Positions 1 through 10,623 of a stretch of DNA of 64,000 bases are shown piece by piece (position 1 is the stretch's first letter; every line of letters begins with the position of its first letter). This DNA comes from an archaeon. Its GTDB lineage: Archaea > Nanobdellota > Nanobdellia > SCGC-AAA011-G17 > PNOQ01. The position numbers and the translations under genes are program-made. The DNA is taken from contig JABHIB010000007.1 in assembly GCA_018671245.1 (NCBI GenBank), positions 6,650-70,649 on the forward strand, in the 5' to 3' direction. The notes below the pieces were generated by a model that saw nothing but the letters and a program-made list of their open reading frames with translations, did not search any database and was not told the origin of the DNA.

Positions 1-32
1 ATTTAGAGATCAAATCTGTAGGTATTACAGTA

Positions 33-581
33 TTGAATAGAATGAATAAGGGAATAATGGCTGGAACTGGTAGTGATATGGAAAGAACTTTACAAAAAGG
101 ATATGGATCTCTTGGAAAAGAAAACTTTAATTTGATTACTGGAGATTATAAGGGTGCAGATTATGTTGGTTGGACTGTTCGTGGTTCTGATGGGAAAAAA
201 GTAAAGCAAACTATGAAAGATTATAAAAGTTATGTTGAGGGAAAATATGGTGCTAATTTTGAAACTAAATATCTTAATCTTGCTCGTAAGTTGCTCGTTA
301 AAAGTTTAAATGGTGAAGGTTTATATCCTCAAGGTTTGGAAGGATTTACTAATCAGGGTGGACTTATTGATGTGTTTGGAATGAATTTAGAAGGAAAAGG
401 TGCTGATACTTTTTGGGAAGGTATTCGTAAGGATCAAAGATATATAATTGTCGGAAAGAGTGTTTTTGCTTGGAAAACTAAAGGTGATATGCCTGAATGG
501 ACTAAATCATATTGGAATGAGGCTGAAGGTGGTGTCCCTCCTACTTTAGAATCTGAAGAAGATATAAAAAATTATCAATAA
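33..581 (+). CDS. hypothetical protein, probably N-terminally truncated by the window edge
   Basis: The frame is open from position 3 to the TAA at 579-581. There is an in-frame ATG at 42, and the track start at 33 is TTG. I recognised no motif, and codon usage matches the neighbours. Confidence 0.35.
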   Translation: MNRMNKGIMAGTGSDMERTLQKGYGSLGKENFNLITGDYKGADYVGWTVRGSDGKKVKQTMKDYKSYVEGKYGANFETKYLNLARKLLVKSLNGEGLYPQGLEGFTNQGGLIDVFGMNLEGKGADTFWEGIRKDQRYIIVGKSVFAWKTKGDMPEWTKSYWNEAEGGVPPTLESEEDIKNYQ

Positions 582-746
582 TTTGTTATGAAAATAAACC
601 CTGGCAGGACACCCAAAAATTAGATTTGAGGGCGTAAGGCAAAACCTTACTTTAGTCCCGCTGGGGAAAAAGAGGTGATGTATTTGTACATATTATCCTC
701 TTTATAAATCTTTCGTTTTAATACTACTTGACAATAGTTACAGATA

Positions 747-932
747 TTATTCTCTTTTCTTGAACTCTACGTAATGGCATTTGCCACAGTAAAGTCTATC
801 TTTATGATCTGCTAGAAATATTCCTACTCCACATTTCGGACAACTTTTTTTTCTTTCTATTTTGTCTCCAGAAATAGTGTATTTTTCATATTTTTTACTA
901 GGTATTTTATTTTTTACTTGTTTTTTAGCCAT
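747..932 (-). CDS. rps27ae: ribosomal protein eS31 (S27a) zinc-ribbon protein
   Basis: 61 aa with a C-x2-C ... C-x2-C zinc ribbon (CPKCG...CGKCH). It lies immediately downstream of eS24 as in the conserved archaeal operon. Confidence 0.9.
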   Translation of the reverse strand: MAKKQVKNKIPSKKYEKYTISGDKIERKKSCPKCGVGIFLADHKDRLYCGKCHYVEFKKRE

Positions 933-933
933 T

Positions 934-1257
934 TTATTTCACTTCTTCCTTTGGAGATTCTTTAGGTTGCTCTTCAGAAGTTTCTTTTTTCTCTTCTTCA
1001 GGTTCCCCTTTTATTCTTTCTATTTTCCTAAGCATTTCTTTAGATTCATAGATTTTAGCTATTACTTTTGATCTACCTTTTCCGTATTCTGTGTAGATTC
1101 CATCTATTACTACTAGGTTTTTATCTGTTTTTAGTTCTTTTCCTAGTGCTTCTTTTAGTTCTTCCTTTGATGGAGTCTTTTTCTCTATATGTGAGATTTT
1201 TGCAACTATCTCTGTTCTTGATAGTACAGTTGATTTTGATTTTTGAAGAATTTCCAT
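934..1257 (-). CDS. rps24e: ribosomal protein eS24 (S24e)
   Basis: The N-terminal 80 aa match the S24e family pattern (TEIVAKISH...[15 protein letters not shown]...[26 protein letters not shown]). It has an acidic and lysine-rich C-terminal tail. Confidence 0.85.
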   Translation of the reverse strand: MEILQKSKSTVLSRTEIVAKISHIEKKTPSKEELKEALGKELKTDKNLVVIDGIYTEYGKGRSKVIAKIYESKEMLRKIERIKGEPEEEKKETSEEQPKESPKEEVK

Positions 1258-1258
1258 T

Positions 1259-1438
1259 TTATAATTTTATTGCGTATTCTCCCTTTATTGGTATATCTAA
1301 TTTTTTTGCAATTTCAGAATTTATAGGATCTAATATTGCTATCTTCCCTTTCCAACTATCTGAAAATTGATTTCCCTTACAATTTGGACAATTTTGTCCT
1401 TCTACAAGTAATCTACAGTTTTTACATGCTTTTTTCAT
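1259..1438 (-). CDS. spt4: transcription elongation factor Spt4 (RpoE''), zinc ribbon
   Basis: A 59-aa ORF missing from the track (under 60 aa): MKKACKNCRLLVEGQNCPNCKGNQFSDSWKGKIAILDPINSEIAKKLDIPIKGEYAIKL. It has the C-x2-C ... C-x2-C motif typical of Spt4. Its ATG overlaps the TGA of rpoE (ATGA), the classic rpoE-spt4 arrangement. Confidence 0.8.
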   Translation of the reverse strand: MKKACKNCRLLVEGQNCPNCKGNQFSDSWKGKIAILDPINSEIAKKLDIPIKGEYAIKL

Positions 1439-1998
1439 TTTTCTTCTTTCCTCGCTTGTACTTTTTCAAGATCTTCTTTAATCCAATTAACATTTCCTAA
1501 CCATGGTTGTCTCATAGTTATTCCTATCTTAGGATTTGTTATATCTTTATAACTAATTGCTATTATTCTTGCTCTACAAATATCATTAACTTTTACAGTT
1601 TTCTTTGATTCTTTTCCTAGTAATACATTCTCTTTACTAAATGAAACATAATCATCCATAGTTTGACCAATGTGAATCATACCTTCTACAGGTCCAATTT
1701 CTAAGAATGCTCCGAAGTTTGTTATCTCGCTTATTCTTCCAACTACTATTTCTTGTAGTTCAGGTTTGAATGTGAAAACTGAAAATGTAGTTTCATAATA
1801 AACTCCACCATCTTCTGGAAGGATTTTACCTTCTCCAATCTTATCTATATTTGATATTCCTATTACAAATCCAAGATCTTCTGAGACATATCCGTTGAAA
1901 CTATCGTTCAAACTATTTATTACAGATTCCTTAATATCGTCTCCAAATTGAGTTGGTGCAACTCTAATATGTTCTTTAATCTTTATTTCATAAAACAT
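1435..1998 (-). CDS. rpoE: DNA-directed RNA polymerase subunit E (Rpo7/RpoE') with S1 domain
   Basis: 187 aa with an N-terminal Rpb7-like fold and a C-terminal S1 domain (NDICRARIIAIS...). It sits upstream of spt4 with the stop/start overlap. Confidence 0.9.
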   Translation of the reverse strand: MFYEIKIKEHIRVAPTQFGDDIKESVINSLNDSFNGYVSEDLGFVIGISNIDKIGEGKILPEDGGVYYETTFSVFTFKPELQEIVVGRISEITNFGAFLEIGPVEGMIHIGQTMDDYVSFSKENVLLGKESKKTVKVNDICRARIIAISYKDITNPKIGITMRQPWLGNVNWIKEDLEKVQARKEEK

Positions 1999-2039
1999 TT
2001 TATTCTAGATGTAAAAACCGGTTTAATAAACCTTTCGTT

Positions 2040-2453
2040 TTAGCTTTTTTGTAAATTTAAATATTTTTTTTGTCTCAATGTTATTATTGGTATGTTTTTT
2101 TCTTTTAATCTCTGTTTTAATTCTTTATCTTGAGTTGCTACAATGTGTTTTTCTTTGTCAACTATGTCCATAATAAGGTTATCGACTATTGTATTTTTAT
2201 CAGTTTTTATCAATTTTACTTGTTTTATTTCTATTAATTTTAGTGCAGCTTTTGATTCTGCTTTGCTTATATCATTTAATTCATCTATTGTTCTATCAAT
2301 TATTGCGATTTCATATTTAAATTCACAGATTCTTTCTAATTCTGAGAATATATCTATTTTGAATTGAAAAGGAAGCATTAAAAAATTTGAATCTAAGATT
2401 ATGGTCTTCATAGTATTTTCTTTGTTTATTTTTATATAAATTCTTCTATCCAT
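2040..2453 (-). CDS. PIN-domain nuclease-like protein
   Basis: It has the MKTIILDSNFLMLP N-terminal acidic PIN signature and a later D in ...ATQDKEL. PIN genes commonly flank rpoE in archaea. The true start is probably the internal Met near 2414. Confidence 0.55.
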   Translation of the reverse strand: MDRRIYIKINKENTMKTIILDSNFLMLPFQFKIDIFSELERICEFKYEIAIIDRTIDELNDISKAESKAALKLIEIKQVKLIKTDKNTIVDNLIMDIVDKEKHIVATQDKELKQRLKEKNIPIITLRQKKYLNLQKS

Positions 2454-2486
2454 AACTTATTTAAATGGTCGTTTTTCTTCTTTTAT

Positions 2487-3095
2487 ATGGTAAATCTATC
2501 AAAAATTATAGTTACTGCAGGATTAGTTGGTATAATTGCATCATCTAATCATGGATATACTACACTTTCTAATTGTGAGCTTGAAAATAGATTGGATTCT
2601 GTCCAATATAGTTCTACAAAAGAAAAATTTCTTGATATTGTACATAGCAATTGGGCAAAAAATATAACTTATGGTTATGGTGATAAGAATCCAAGTAGTG
2701 GGGATCTAGATTGTTCTGGTTTTGTTTATTATGTTCTTGATGAATCTTTAGATGGAAAACAAACTAGTCTTGATGAAGCTATCGAGGGTAGGAGCATAAA
2801 TAATACTGCTGTCGTACATTTTGTTGACATGTTTTCTAAATATGGTACTGTTGAAAAGAATATGCCACAAGATTTTGGTAATAATGTTGGAGATGTCGTT
2901 TTTTTAAAAGGGAATAAATTCAGACATATTGGTTTTATTATAAGGGAAAATCGTGATTTAAGAATCATCCACAATACTAGTAACTCTGGAGGTTATTCTA
3001 ATGAAATCTGGAATGAATCTGCTTGGAAAAGAAGAGGTTGGGATGTGGAATATGGTAGTTTATCTCTGGATGACAAGGTTAAAATCAATAATTAA
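2487..3095 (+). CDS. secreted or membrane-anchored NlpC/P60 (CHAP-like) cysteine peptidase
   Basis: It has an N-terminal hydrophobic signal/anchor (IIVTAGLVGIIASS), a DCSGFVYYV motif matching the NlpC/P60 catalytic Cys, and a downstream HIGFII matching the catalytic His. Confidence 0.5.
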   Translation: MVNLSKIIVTAGLVGIIASSNHGYTTLSNCELENRLDSVQYSSTKEKFLDIVHSNWAKNITYGYGDKNPSSGDLDCSGFVYYVLDESLDGKQTSLDEAIEGRSINNTAVVHFVDMFSKYGTVEKNMPQDFGNNVGDVVFLKGNKFRHIGFIIRENRDLRIIHNTSNSGGYSNEIWNESAWKRRGWDVEYGSLSLDDKVKINN

Positions 3096-3150
3096 GTTAG
3101 TTCATTTATAAAGGATTTTTTTTAATTGATCGAAAATTGAATTTTGATAG

Positions 3151-5130
<1,980 letters not shown>

Positions 5131-5141
5131 ATTTGTTGAAA

Positions 5142-7544
5142 ATTATGGTAGAGCGAATCAAAGAGAGATTAATTTCTCAAGAGATGAAAGAGTCTTACAT
5201 AAACTATGCGATGTCAGTTATAGTGGGAAGGGCTTTGCCTGATGTTAATGATGGACTTAAGCCAGTTCATAGAAGAATTTTGTATGCTATGAATGATCTT
5301 GGAATGGTTTTTAGTAAACCTTCAAAAAAATCCGCAAGAATTGTAGGAGAAGTAATTGGTAAATATCATCCTCATGGCGATTCTGCCGTTTATGATGCTT
5401 TGGTGAGAATGGCACAAGATTTTTCATTAAGATATCCTTTGATTAAGGGTCAAGGAAATTTTGGTTCTATTGATGGTGATACTGCTGCAGCTATGAGATA
5501 TACTGAAGCAAAATTAGCAAAAATTGCCGAAGAGTTGCTGAAAGATATTGAAAAAGATACTGTGGATTTTGTTTCAAATTTTGATGATCAATTAAAAGAA
5601 CCTTCTGTACTTCCTGCAAGATTACCTAATCTTTTGATTAATGGTTCTTCTGGAATTGCTGTAGGTATGGCGACTAATATGCCACCTCATAATATTTCTG
5701 AAATTATAACTGCAATCATTGCACAAATTGATAATCCTGAAATTACATTTGAGGAATTGTTAAAATTGGTCCCAGGCCCAGATTTCCCAACTGGTGGTCA
5801 GATTCTTGGAAGGAATGGAATAATAAATGCTTACAAAACTGGAAAGGGAATAGTTAGAGTTAGAGGTGTCTGCGAAGTAGAAGAAAGAAAAATAATAATC
5901 AGTGAGATTCCATATCAAGTTAATAAAACTACTTTAATTGAGGCTATTGCTAATTTAGTTAAAACTAAAAAAGTTGAAGGAATTTCAGATATAAGGGATG
6001 AGTCCGATAGAAAAGGTATGAGGGTTGTAATTCTGCTCAAAAGAGATGCCAACGGAGAATTAATATTAAATCAACTTTATAGGCATACTTCTTTGGAGAA
6101 TACTTTTGGAATAAATAATTTAGCATTGGTTAATCATCAACCAAGAATTTTACCTTTGAAAGAGATAATTTCAAATTTTATATTACATAGAAAAATAATA
6201 ATTGTTAGAAGAACTAACTTTGATTTAGATAAGGCTGAGAAAAAAGCCCATATTTTGTTAGGATTGAAGAAAGCCTTGGACAATATTGATGAAGTTGTTA
6301 GAACAATAAAACAAAGTGATAATGTTGAAATCGCAAAACAAGGCCTGATTACCAATTTTGAATTATCAGAAGAGCAATCAAAAGCTATATTAGAAATGAA
6401 GTTGCAAAAACTAACTTCATTAGAAACTATTAAGATAATTGAAGAACATAAAAAATTAATTGAATTGATTAAATATTTAAAATCTATTTTAGAAAGTGAA
6501 TCAAAAATATTTGAAATCATAAAAGAAGAATTAAATGAATTGAAAGAAAAATATGGTGATGATAGAAGAACAGAAATAATTGATGTTGCAGAATCAATAG
6601 ATGATGAAGATTTAATTGAAAAAGAAGATGTAGTTATTACTGTTACTCATACTGGGTATGTTAATAGGATGCCTTTAGAGACATATAGGAGCCAAAATAG
6701 GGGTGGAAGAGGTATAAAAGCTACTGGAACAAGAGAAGAGGATTTTGTCGAAAATCTGTTTACTACTAATACTCATGACTATCTGATGTTTTTCAGTAAT
6801 CTGGGTAAAGTTTATTGGAGCAAGGCATATAATATTCAATCAGGATCGAGATATTCCAAGGGAATGAATTTAATCAATTTATTGAGATTGGCAAAAGATG
6901 AAAGAATTAAGACTATAATCCCTATTCATGAATTTGATGAAGATTCATATCTTAATATAGTAACTAGAAATGGTCTTATTAAAAAAACTTCTTTGAAAGA
7001 GTATTCTAAACCTAGAAAGGGTGGGATTATCGCTATAAATCTTAAAGATGGAGATAATTTAGTTGAAGTACTTCTTACAAAAGATAATGATGAATTAATT
7101 ATTGCTAGTGCAAATGGTAAGGCAGTTAGATTTAGTGAAGGTCAGGTTCGTGCTGTTGGAAGAAATTCTAGTGGTGTAAAATCTATAAAATTGGTTAAGG
7201 GTGATAATGTTATTGGAGCAGATATAGCTAAAAACACTGTGTTAACTATCACTGAAAATGGATATGGGAAGAGAACTCCAATTGAAGAGTATCGTAAGAT
7301 AAATCGTGGAGGTTCAGGTGTTATCAATATTAAAACTACTGAGAGGAATGGTAATGTAGTTAGCGTTAGTTGTGTTAGTGGTGATGAAGAATTAATGTTT
7401 GTTACTAAAAAAGGAATTTTGATTAGGGTTTCTGTAAAAGATGTATCTAAGATCGGTAGAAATACTCAAGGAGTTCGTGTGATGAAACTTGATTCTGGAG
7501 ATAAGGTTATTTCTGTTGCTAAAATTGTTCAAGAATCTGAATGA
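5142..7544 (+). CDS. gyrA: DNA gyrase subunit A
   Basis: It has the [27 protein letters not shown] motif, the active-site Tyr region [10 protein letters not shown], and C-terminal beta-pinwheel repeats. The track ORF starts at TTG 5133, and the first ATG is at 5142. Confidence 0.95.
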   Translation: MMVERIKERLISQEMKESYINYAMSVIVGRALPDVNDGLKPVHRRILYAMNDLGMVFSKPSKKSARIVGEVIGKYHPHGDSAVYDALVRMAQDFSLRYPLIKGQGNFGSIDGDTAAAMRYTEAKLAKIAEELLKDIEKDTVDFVSNFDDQLKEPSVLPARLPNLLINGSSGIAVGMATNMPPHNISEIITAIIAQIDNPEITFEELLKLVPGPDFPTGGQILGRNGIINAYKTGKGIVRVRGVCEVEERKIIISEIPYQVNKTTLIEAIANLVKTKKVEGISDIRDESDRKGMRVVILLKRDANGELILNQLYRHTSLENTFGINNLALVNHQPRILPLKEIISNFILHRKIIIVRRTNFDLDKAEKKAHILLGLKKALDNIDEVVRTIKQSDNVEIAKQGLITNFELSEEQSKAILEMKLQKLTSLETIKIIEEHKKLIELIKYLKSILESESKIFEIIKEELNELKEKYGDDRRTEIIDVAESIDDEDLIEKEDVVITVTHTGYVNRMPLETYRSQNRGGRGIKATGTREEDFVENLFTTNTHDYLMFFSNLGKVYWSKAYNIQSGSRYSKGMNLINLLRLAKDERIKTIIPIHEFDEDSYLNIVTRNGLIKKTSLKEYSKPRKGGIIAINLKDGDNLVEVLLTKDNDELIIASANGKAVRFSEGQVRAVGRNSSGVKSIKLVKGDNVIGADIAKNTVLTITENGYGKRTPIEEYRKINRGGSGVINIKTTERNGNVVSVSCVSGDEELMFVTKKGILIRVSVKDVSKIGRNTQGVRVMKLDSGDKVISVAKIVQESE

Positions 7545-8201
7545 TCATTTTAATAACAATTCATCATATAGTGGAATTAGGTGTTTAGGCAATTTCATAT
7601 ATTTACCTCTTAGTGTTTTTGGCATTGCTGAGGTTATAGTTTTGTTATAATATGGCTCCTTTCCTGGAGTGTAGTTGCCACGTCTTAATTGTATGTAATT
7701 ATAATAATGTATATATGCACTAGCCTGTTTCATATATTCTTCAGTGTCTAATGGCAAATCGAATTTTTTTATTTTTTTTACTGCTCTTCTTTCACAATCT
7801 AATTCTATCTCTTTTGCTGCTATAAAACATTTTTTAAGTAAATCTTGGGAGAATTCTTCTCCTTTAACCCATCTAAATATAATATCTTCTGAATCTTCTC
7901 CTTCTATTGTTGAATTTGTCCAAAGATCTATTTGTTCTTTCCATTGTTCAAAATGGCTGTATTCGTGTGCTAATATTCCTAACCATTGTTTTCTTGGTCT
8001 TTTAATTGCAACTGCTAGAGTGAGGGCGGTTTCTTCTTCTGAGAAATATCCATTGATTTTTATTCCATCATCTAATAAGTATTTATGATTTGGTAAATAT
8101 AGTCTAACTCCTTGTTCTTCTGTATCTTCTATTATATGTTCTAAAAATTTATTTATTTTTTTATTATTTGTTTTTTTTATCTTGATTTTTTTACTCCCAA
8201 T
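7545..8201 (-). CDS. putative HExxH zinc-metallopeptidase-like protein with no canonical start codon; possible pseudogene or non-canonical initiation
   Basis: A continuous 219-codon open frame (I verified it codon by codon) contains [11 protein letters not shown]. The first ATG/GTG/TTG is the TTG at 7757, after the motif. The antisense + strand ORF 7744..8088 is low-complexity and likely spurious. Confidence 0.4.
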   Translation of the reverse strand: MGSKKIKIKKTNNKKINKFLEHIIEDTEEQGVRLYLPNHKYLLDDGIKINGYFSEEETALTLAVAIKRPRKQWLGILAHEYSHFEQWKEQIDLWTNSTIEGEDSEDIIFRWVKGEEFSQDLLKKCFIAAKEIELDCERRAVKKIKKFDLPLDTEEYMKQASAYIHYYNYIQLRRGNYTPGKEPYYNKTITSAMPKTLRGKYMKLPKHLIPLYDELLLK

Positions 8202-8833
8202 CTATTACAATATTTATTTATTGGACAATTACTGCAGTGTGGGGAAATTGGTGTACAAAGATTTTGTCCGAATGCCACTAATATCGAATTTATCGTTTTC
8301 CAATATTTTTTTGGTAGTTTATCTCTTAATCTCATTTCTGTTTCATAAGGTGTTTTTGTTTCAATATAGCCTATCCTATTCATTATTTTATGTACATGTG
8401 TGTCCACACAAATTCCTGGTTTGTTAAATGCTATTGTCACAACTAAGTTTGCTGTTTTTCTTCCTACTCCTGGAAGTTTAATTAATTCTTCAATTGTTTC
8501 AGGGATTTTATTGTTAAATTCCTGTTTTAGAATTATTGGTAATTGTTTCAAATGTTTTGCTTTTGTTTTATAGAATCCAACAGGGTAAATCAATTTTTCA
8601 ATTTCTTTTTGTGTAAACTTTTCTATATCTTTTATCTTTTTTATTTTTATAAACAGTTTTTTTGCAGCTATAGAAGTTGTTCCATCCTTTGTTCTTGCTG
8701 AAAGAATAGTTGTTATTAGAACTTTGAATGGATCTTTTGTTTGAATTTGGATCAGGTCAACAATCGGAACTTTATAATCAATAACTTCTTTTTTTAAAAT
8801 TGAATATATTTTATCTATGTTAACAGATCTCAT
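8177..8833 (-). CDS. nth: endonuclease III (HhH-GPD DNA glycosylase/AP lyase with 4Fe-4S cluster)
   Basis: It has the HhH motif [12 protein letters not shown], the catalytic VDTHVHKI region, and a C-terminal C-x6-C-x2-C-x5-C cluster ([17 protein letters not shown]). Confidence 0.85.
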   Translation of the reverse strand: MRSVNIDKIYSILKKEVIDYKVPIVDLIQIQTKDPFKVLITTILSARTKDGTTSIAAKKLFIKIKKIKDIEKFTQKEIEKLIYPVGFYKTKAKHLKQLPIILKQEFNNKIPETIEELIKLPGVGRKTANLVVTIAFNKPGICVDTHVHKIMNRIGYIETKTPYETEMRLRDKLPKKYWKTINSILVAFGQNLCTPISPHCSNCPINKYCNRLGVKKSR

Positions 8834-8873
8834 AATTATTTATTATGTAATTATCTTTAAAAGATTAGTGTTG

Positions 8874-10124
8874 TTAAATAATTTCAGAATAACCAATCAA
8901 TCTCCAACGCGAACCTAACATTCTTGATATTGTGACTCTATCTCCTTTATTCGCACATATCGGAACTTTAAGTTTTGCTTTTATTGATTTTTTATCTGTT
9001 TTTGTAACTGTACCTAGGGTTACAGTTGCATTTACATTTAACATCAAATTTTCATTTATTTTAATTTCTTCAGTTTTTAGATCTGTTTTTGAACCAACAA
9101 CTCTTTCTAATAAATGAGGTTTTAATTCAATTTCACCTAAGACTTCTGGCATCTGGCCTGATAGTCCTGCTACATTCCCTACTAATGAATCTGATTTTAC
9201 TATTGATGGATCAAGTTTTGTGAGAATTCCTGCTGAACCACCAGGAGTTAATTCTTTAATCTCATTTCCTCCTTTTTCCAATCCTACTATCTTTGTAGTT
9301 ATTGGTTCCCAAGTAATCCTTCCTTCTTTTTCTTTCTTTAATCCAGGTCTTAGTTCTAATTCTTGTCCAATTTTCAGAATCCCCTCTTTTAATGATCCTC
9401 CAAGAACTCCTCCATTAAGATTTTTTATTAGGCATCCTGGTTTGTTTATATCAAAAGATCTTGCAATTAAGAATAGTGGGTTTTTTGATTCATCAGTTGG
9501 TTTATTTTGAAAAGTTTCTTGAATAGTTTTTAGTAATGCATCAATATTTATCTTTTGTTGAGCTGAAATAGGAATTATTGGTGAATTCTCTGCTATTGTC
9601 CCTTTCACAAAATTCTTTATTTCTTTATAATTTTCTAAAACTTCTTTTTGTGACATTATGTCTATTTTATTTTGAACTATAATTATATTTTTTATTCCTG
9701 CAATTTCTAATGCCATTAAATGTTCTTTTGTTTGAGGTTGCGGACATTTTTCATTTGCTGAAACCATTAATAGTGCTGCATCCATTATTGCTGCACCTGA
9801 TAACATTGTTGCCATCAGAGTTTCGTGACCAGGGGCATCTATTAAACTGATATTTCTTAGTGGAATACATTCTGTTTTACAATTAGAACATTTCTTTTTT
9901 GAAGAATAACATTCAGGATCTTTGCAGCTCGGGCATTTATATATTGTTGAATTCGCATATCCCAATCTTATCGTAATCCCTCTCTTTATTTCTTCTGAAT
10001 GGGTATCTGTCCATTTTCCAGAAAGAGCTTGAGTTAGAGTAGTCTTACCATGGTCTACATGACCTACTAACCCAATGTTTAATTCAGGTAGTAATTCTTT
10101 TCCGTTATTCTTCTTTTGACTCAT
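8874..10124 (-). CDS. eif2g: translation initiation factor aIF2 gamma subunit
   Basis: It has the G1 motif GHVDHGKTTL and the aIF2-gamma-specific zinc ribbon CPSCKDPECY...CSNCKTEC. It has domain II/III character, and its start overlaps the eS6 gene. Confidence 0.9.
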   Translation of the reverse strand: MSQKKNNGKELLPELNIGLVGHVDHGKTTLTQALSGKWTDTHSEEIKRGITIRLGYANSTIYKCPSCKDPECYSSKKKCSNCKTECIPLRNISLIDAPGHETLMATMLSGAAIMDAALLMVSANEKCPQPQTKEHLMALEIAGIKNIIIVQNKIDIMSQKEVLENYKEIKNFVKGTIAENSPIIPISAQQKINIDALLKTIQETFQNKPTDESKNPLFLIARSFDINKPGCLIKNLNGGVLGGSLKEGILKIGQELELRPGLKKEKEGRITWEPITTKIVGLEKGGNEIKELTPGGSAGILTKLDPSIVKSDSLVGNVAGLSGQMPEVLGEIELKPHLLERVVGSKTDLKTEEIKINENLMLNVNATVTLGTVTKTDKKSIKAKLKVPICANKGDRVTISRMLGSRWRLIGYSEII

Positions 10125-10611
10125 TCTTTTCTTCAGGTGTTGATTCTTCTTTCACTTCTTCTTTTGGAGCTTCCTTTGCTGCTGCTTCTTTCAATGCTTC
10201 TTCTTTTTTTGCTTCTTCAGATTCAGTTTTTGTTAAGAATCCTAGTTCTTTTAATGATGTAGTTCCTGCCTTTATAATCTTTAGATTGATTTGTTTAATA
10301 TTCAAATCTATAGCATTCCCTCTTATTGATTTTCTTTGTTTTATTCCTGAACCTTTGTTCCTAACTCCCACGCCTTCAACAAGTAATGGTTTTTTTCTTC
10401 CTGTTCCTGATATGTCCCATCTCATTGGGAATCCTTGTCTATCTGAACCTCCAGAGATTTCTAGTTCATATCCTTTCAAACCTAGTGAATCTCCAGGTAT
10501 TTTATCTTTTAATTTCTTACCTTTAAACACGTCTGTTTCTGTTCCTTCTACAGTTTTCGAGTAACTCTTTCCTGTTTTTGGATCATTTATATTTAATTTA
10601 AATTCTGCCAT
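10105..10611 (-). CDS. rps6e: ribosomal protein eS6 (S6e)
   Basis: It has the MAEFKLNINDPKTGKSY N-terminus typical of S6e and a lysine- and glutamate-rich tail. The eS6-aIF2gamma pairing is conserved in archaea. Confidence 0.85.
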   Translation of the reverse strand: MAEFKLNINDPKTGKSYSKTVEGTETDVFKGKKLKDKIPGDSLGLKGYELEISGGSDRQGFPMRWDISGTGRKKPLLVEGVGVRNKGSGIKQRKSIRGNAIDLNIKQINLKIIKAGTTSLKELGFLTKTESEEAKKEEALKEAAAKEAPKEEVKEESTPEEKNESKEE

Positions 10612-10623
10612 TTTTTATTTCCA

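Noticed and set aside
862-1370. + strand ORFs 862..1071 and 1068..1370 rich in Phe/Leu
   Set aside because: They are antisense to the eS24/eS31 genes. Their composition reflects poly-A/T codon complements. The minus-strand genes have clear family motifs.
7744-8088. 114-aa + strand ORF
   Set aside because: It is antisense to the HExxH-containing minus-strand frame. It is low-complexity (S/F/I-rich) and has no motifs. The opposite strand has a 219-codon open frame with a catalytic-site-like motif.
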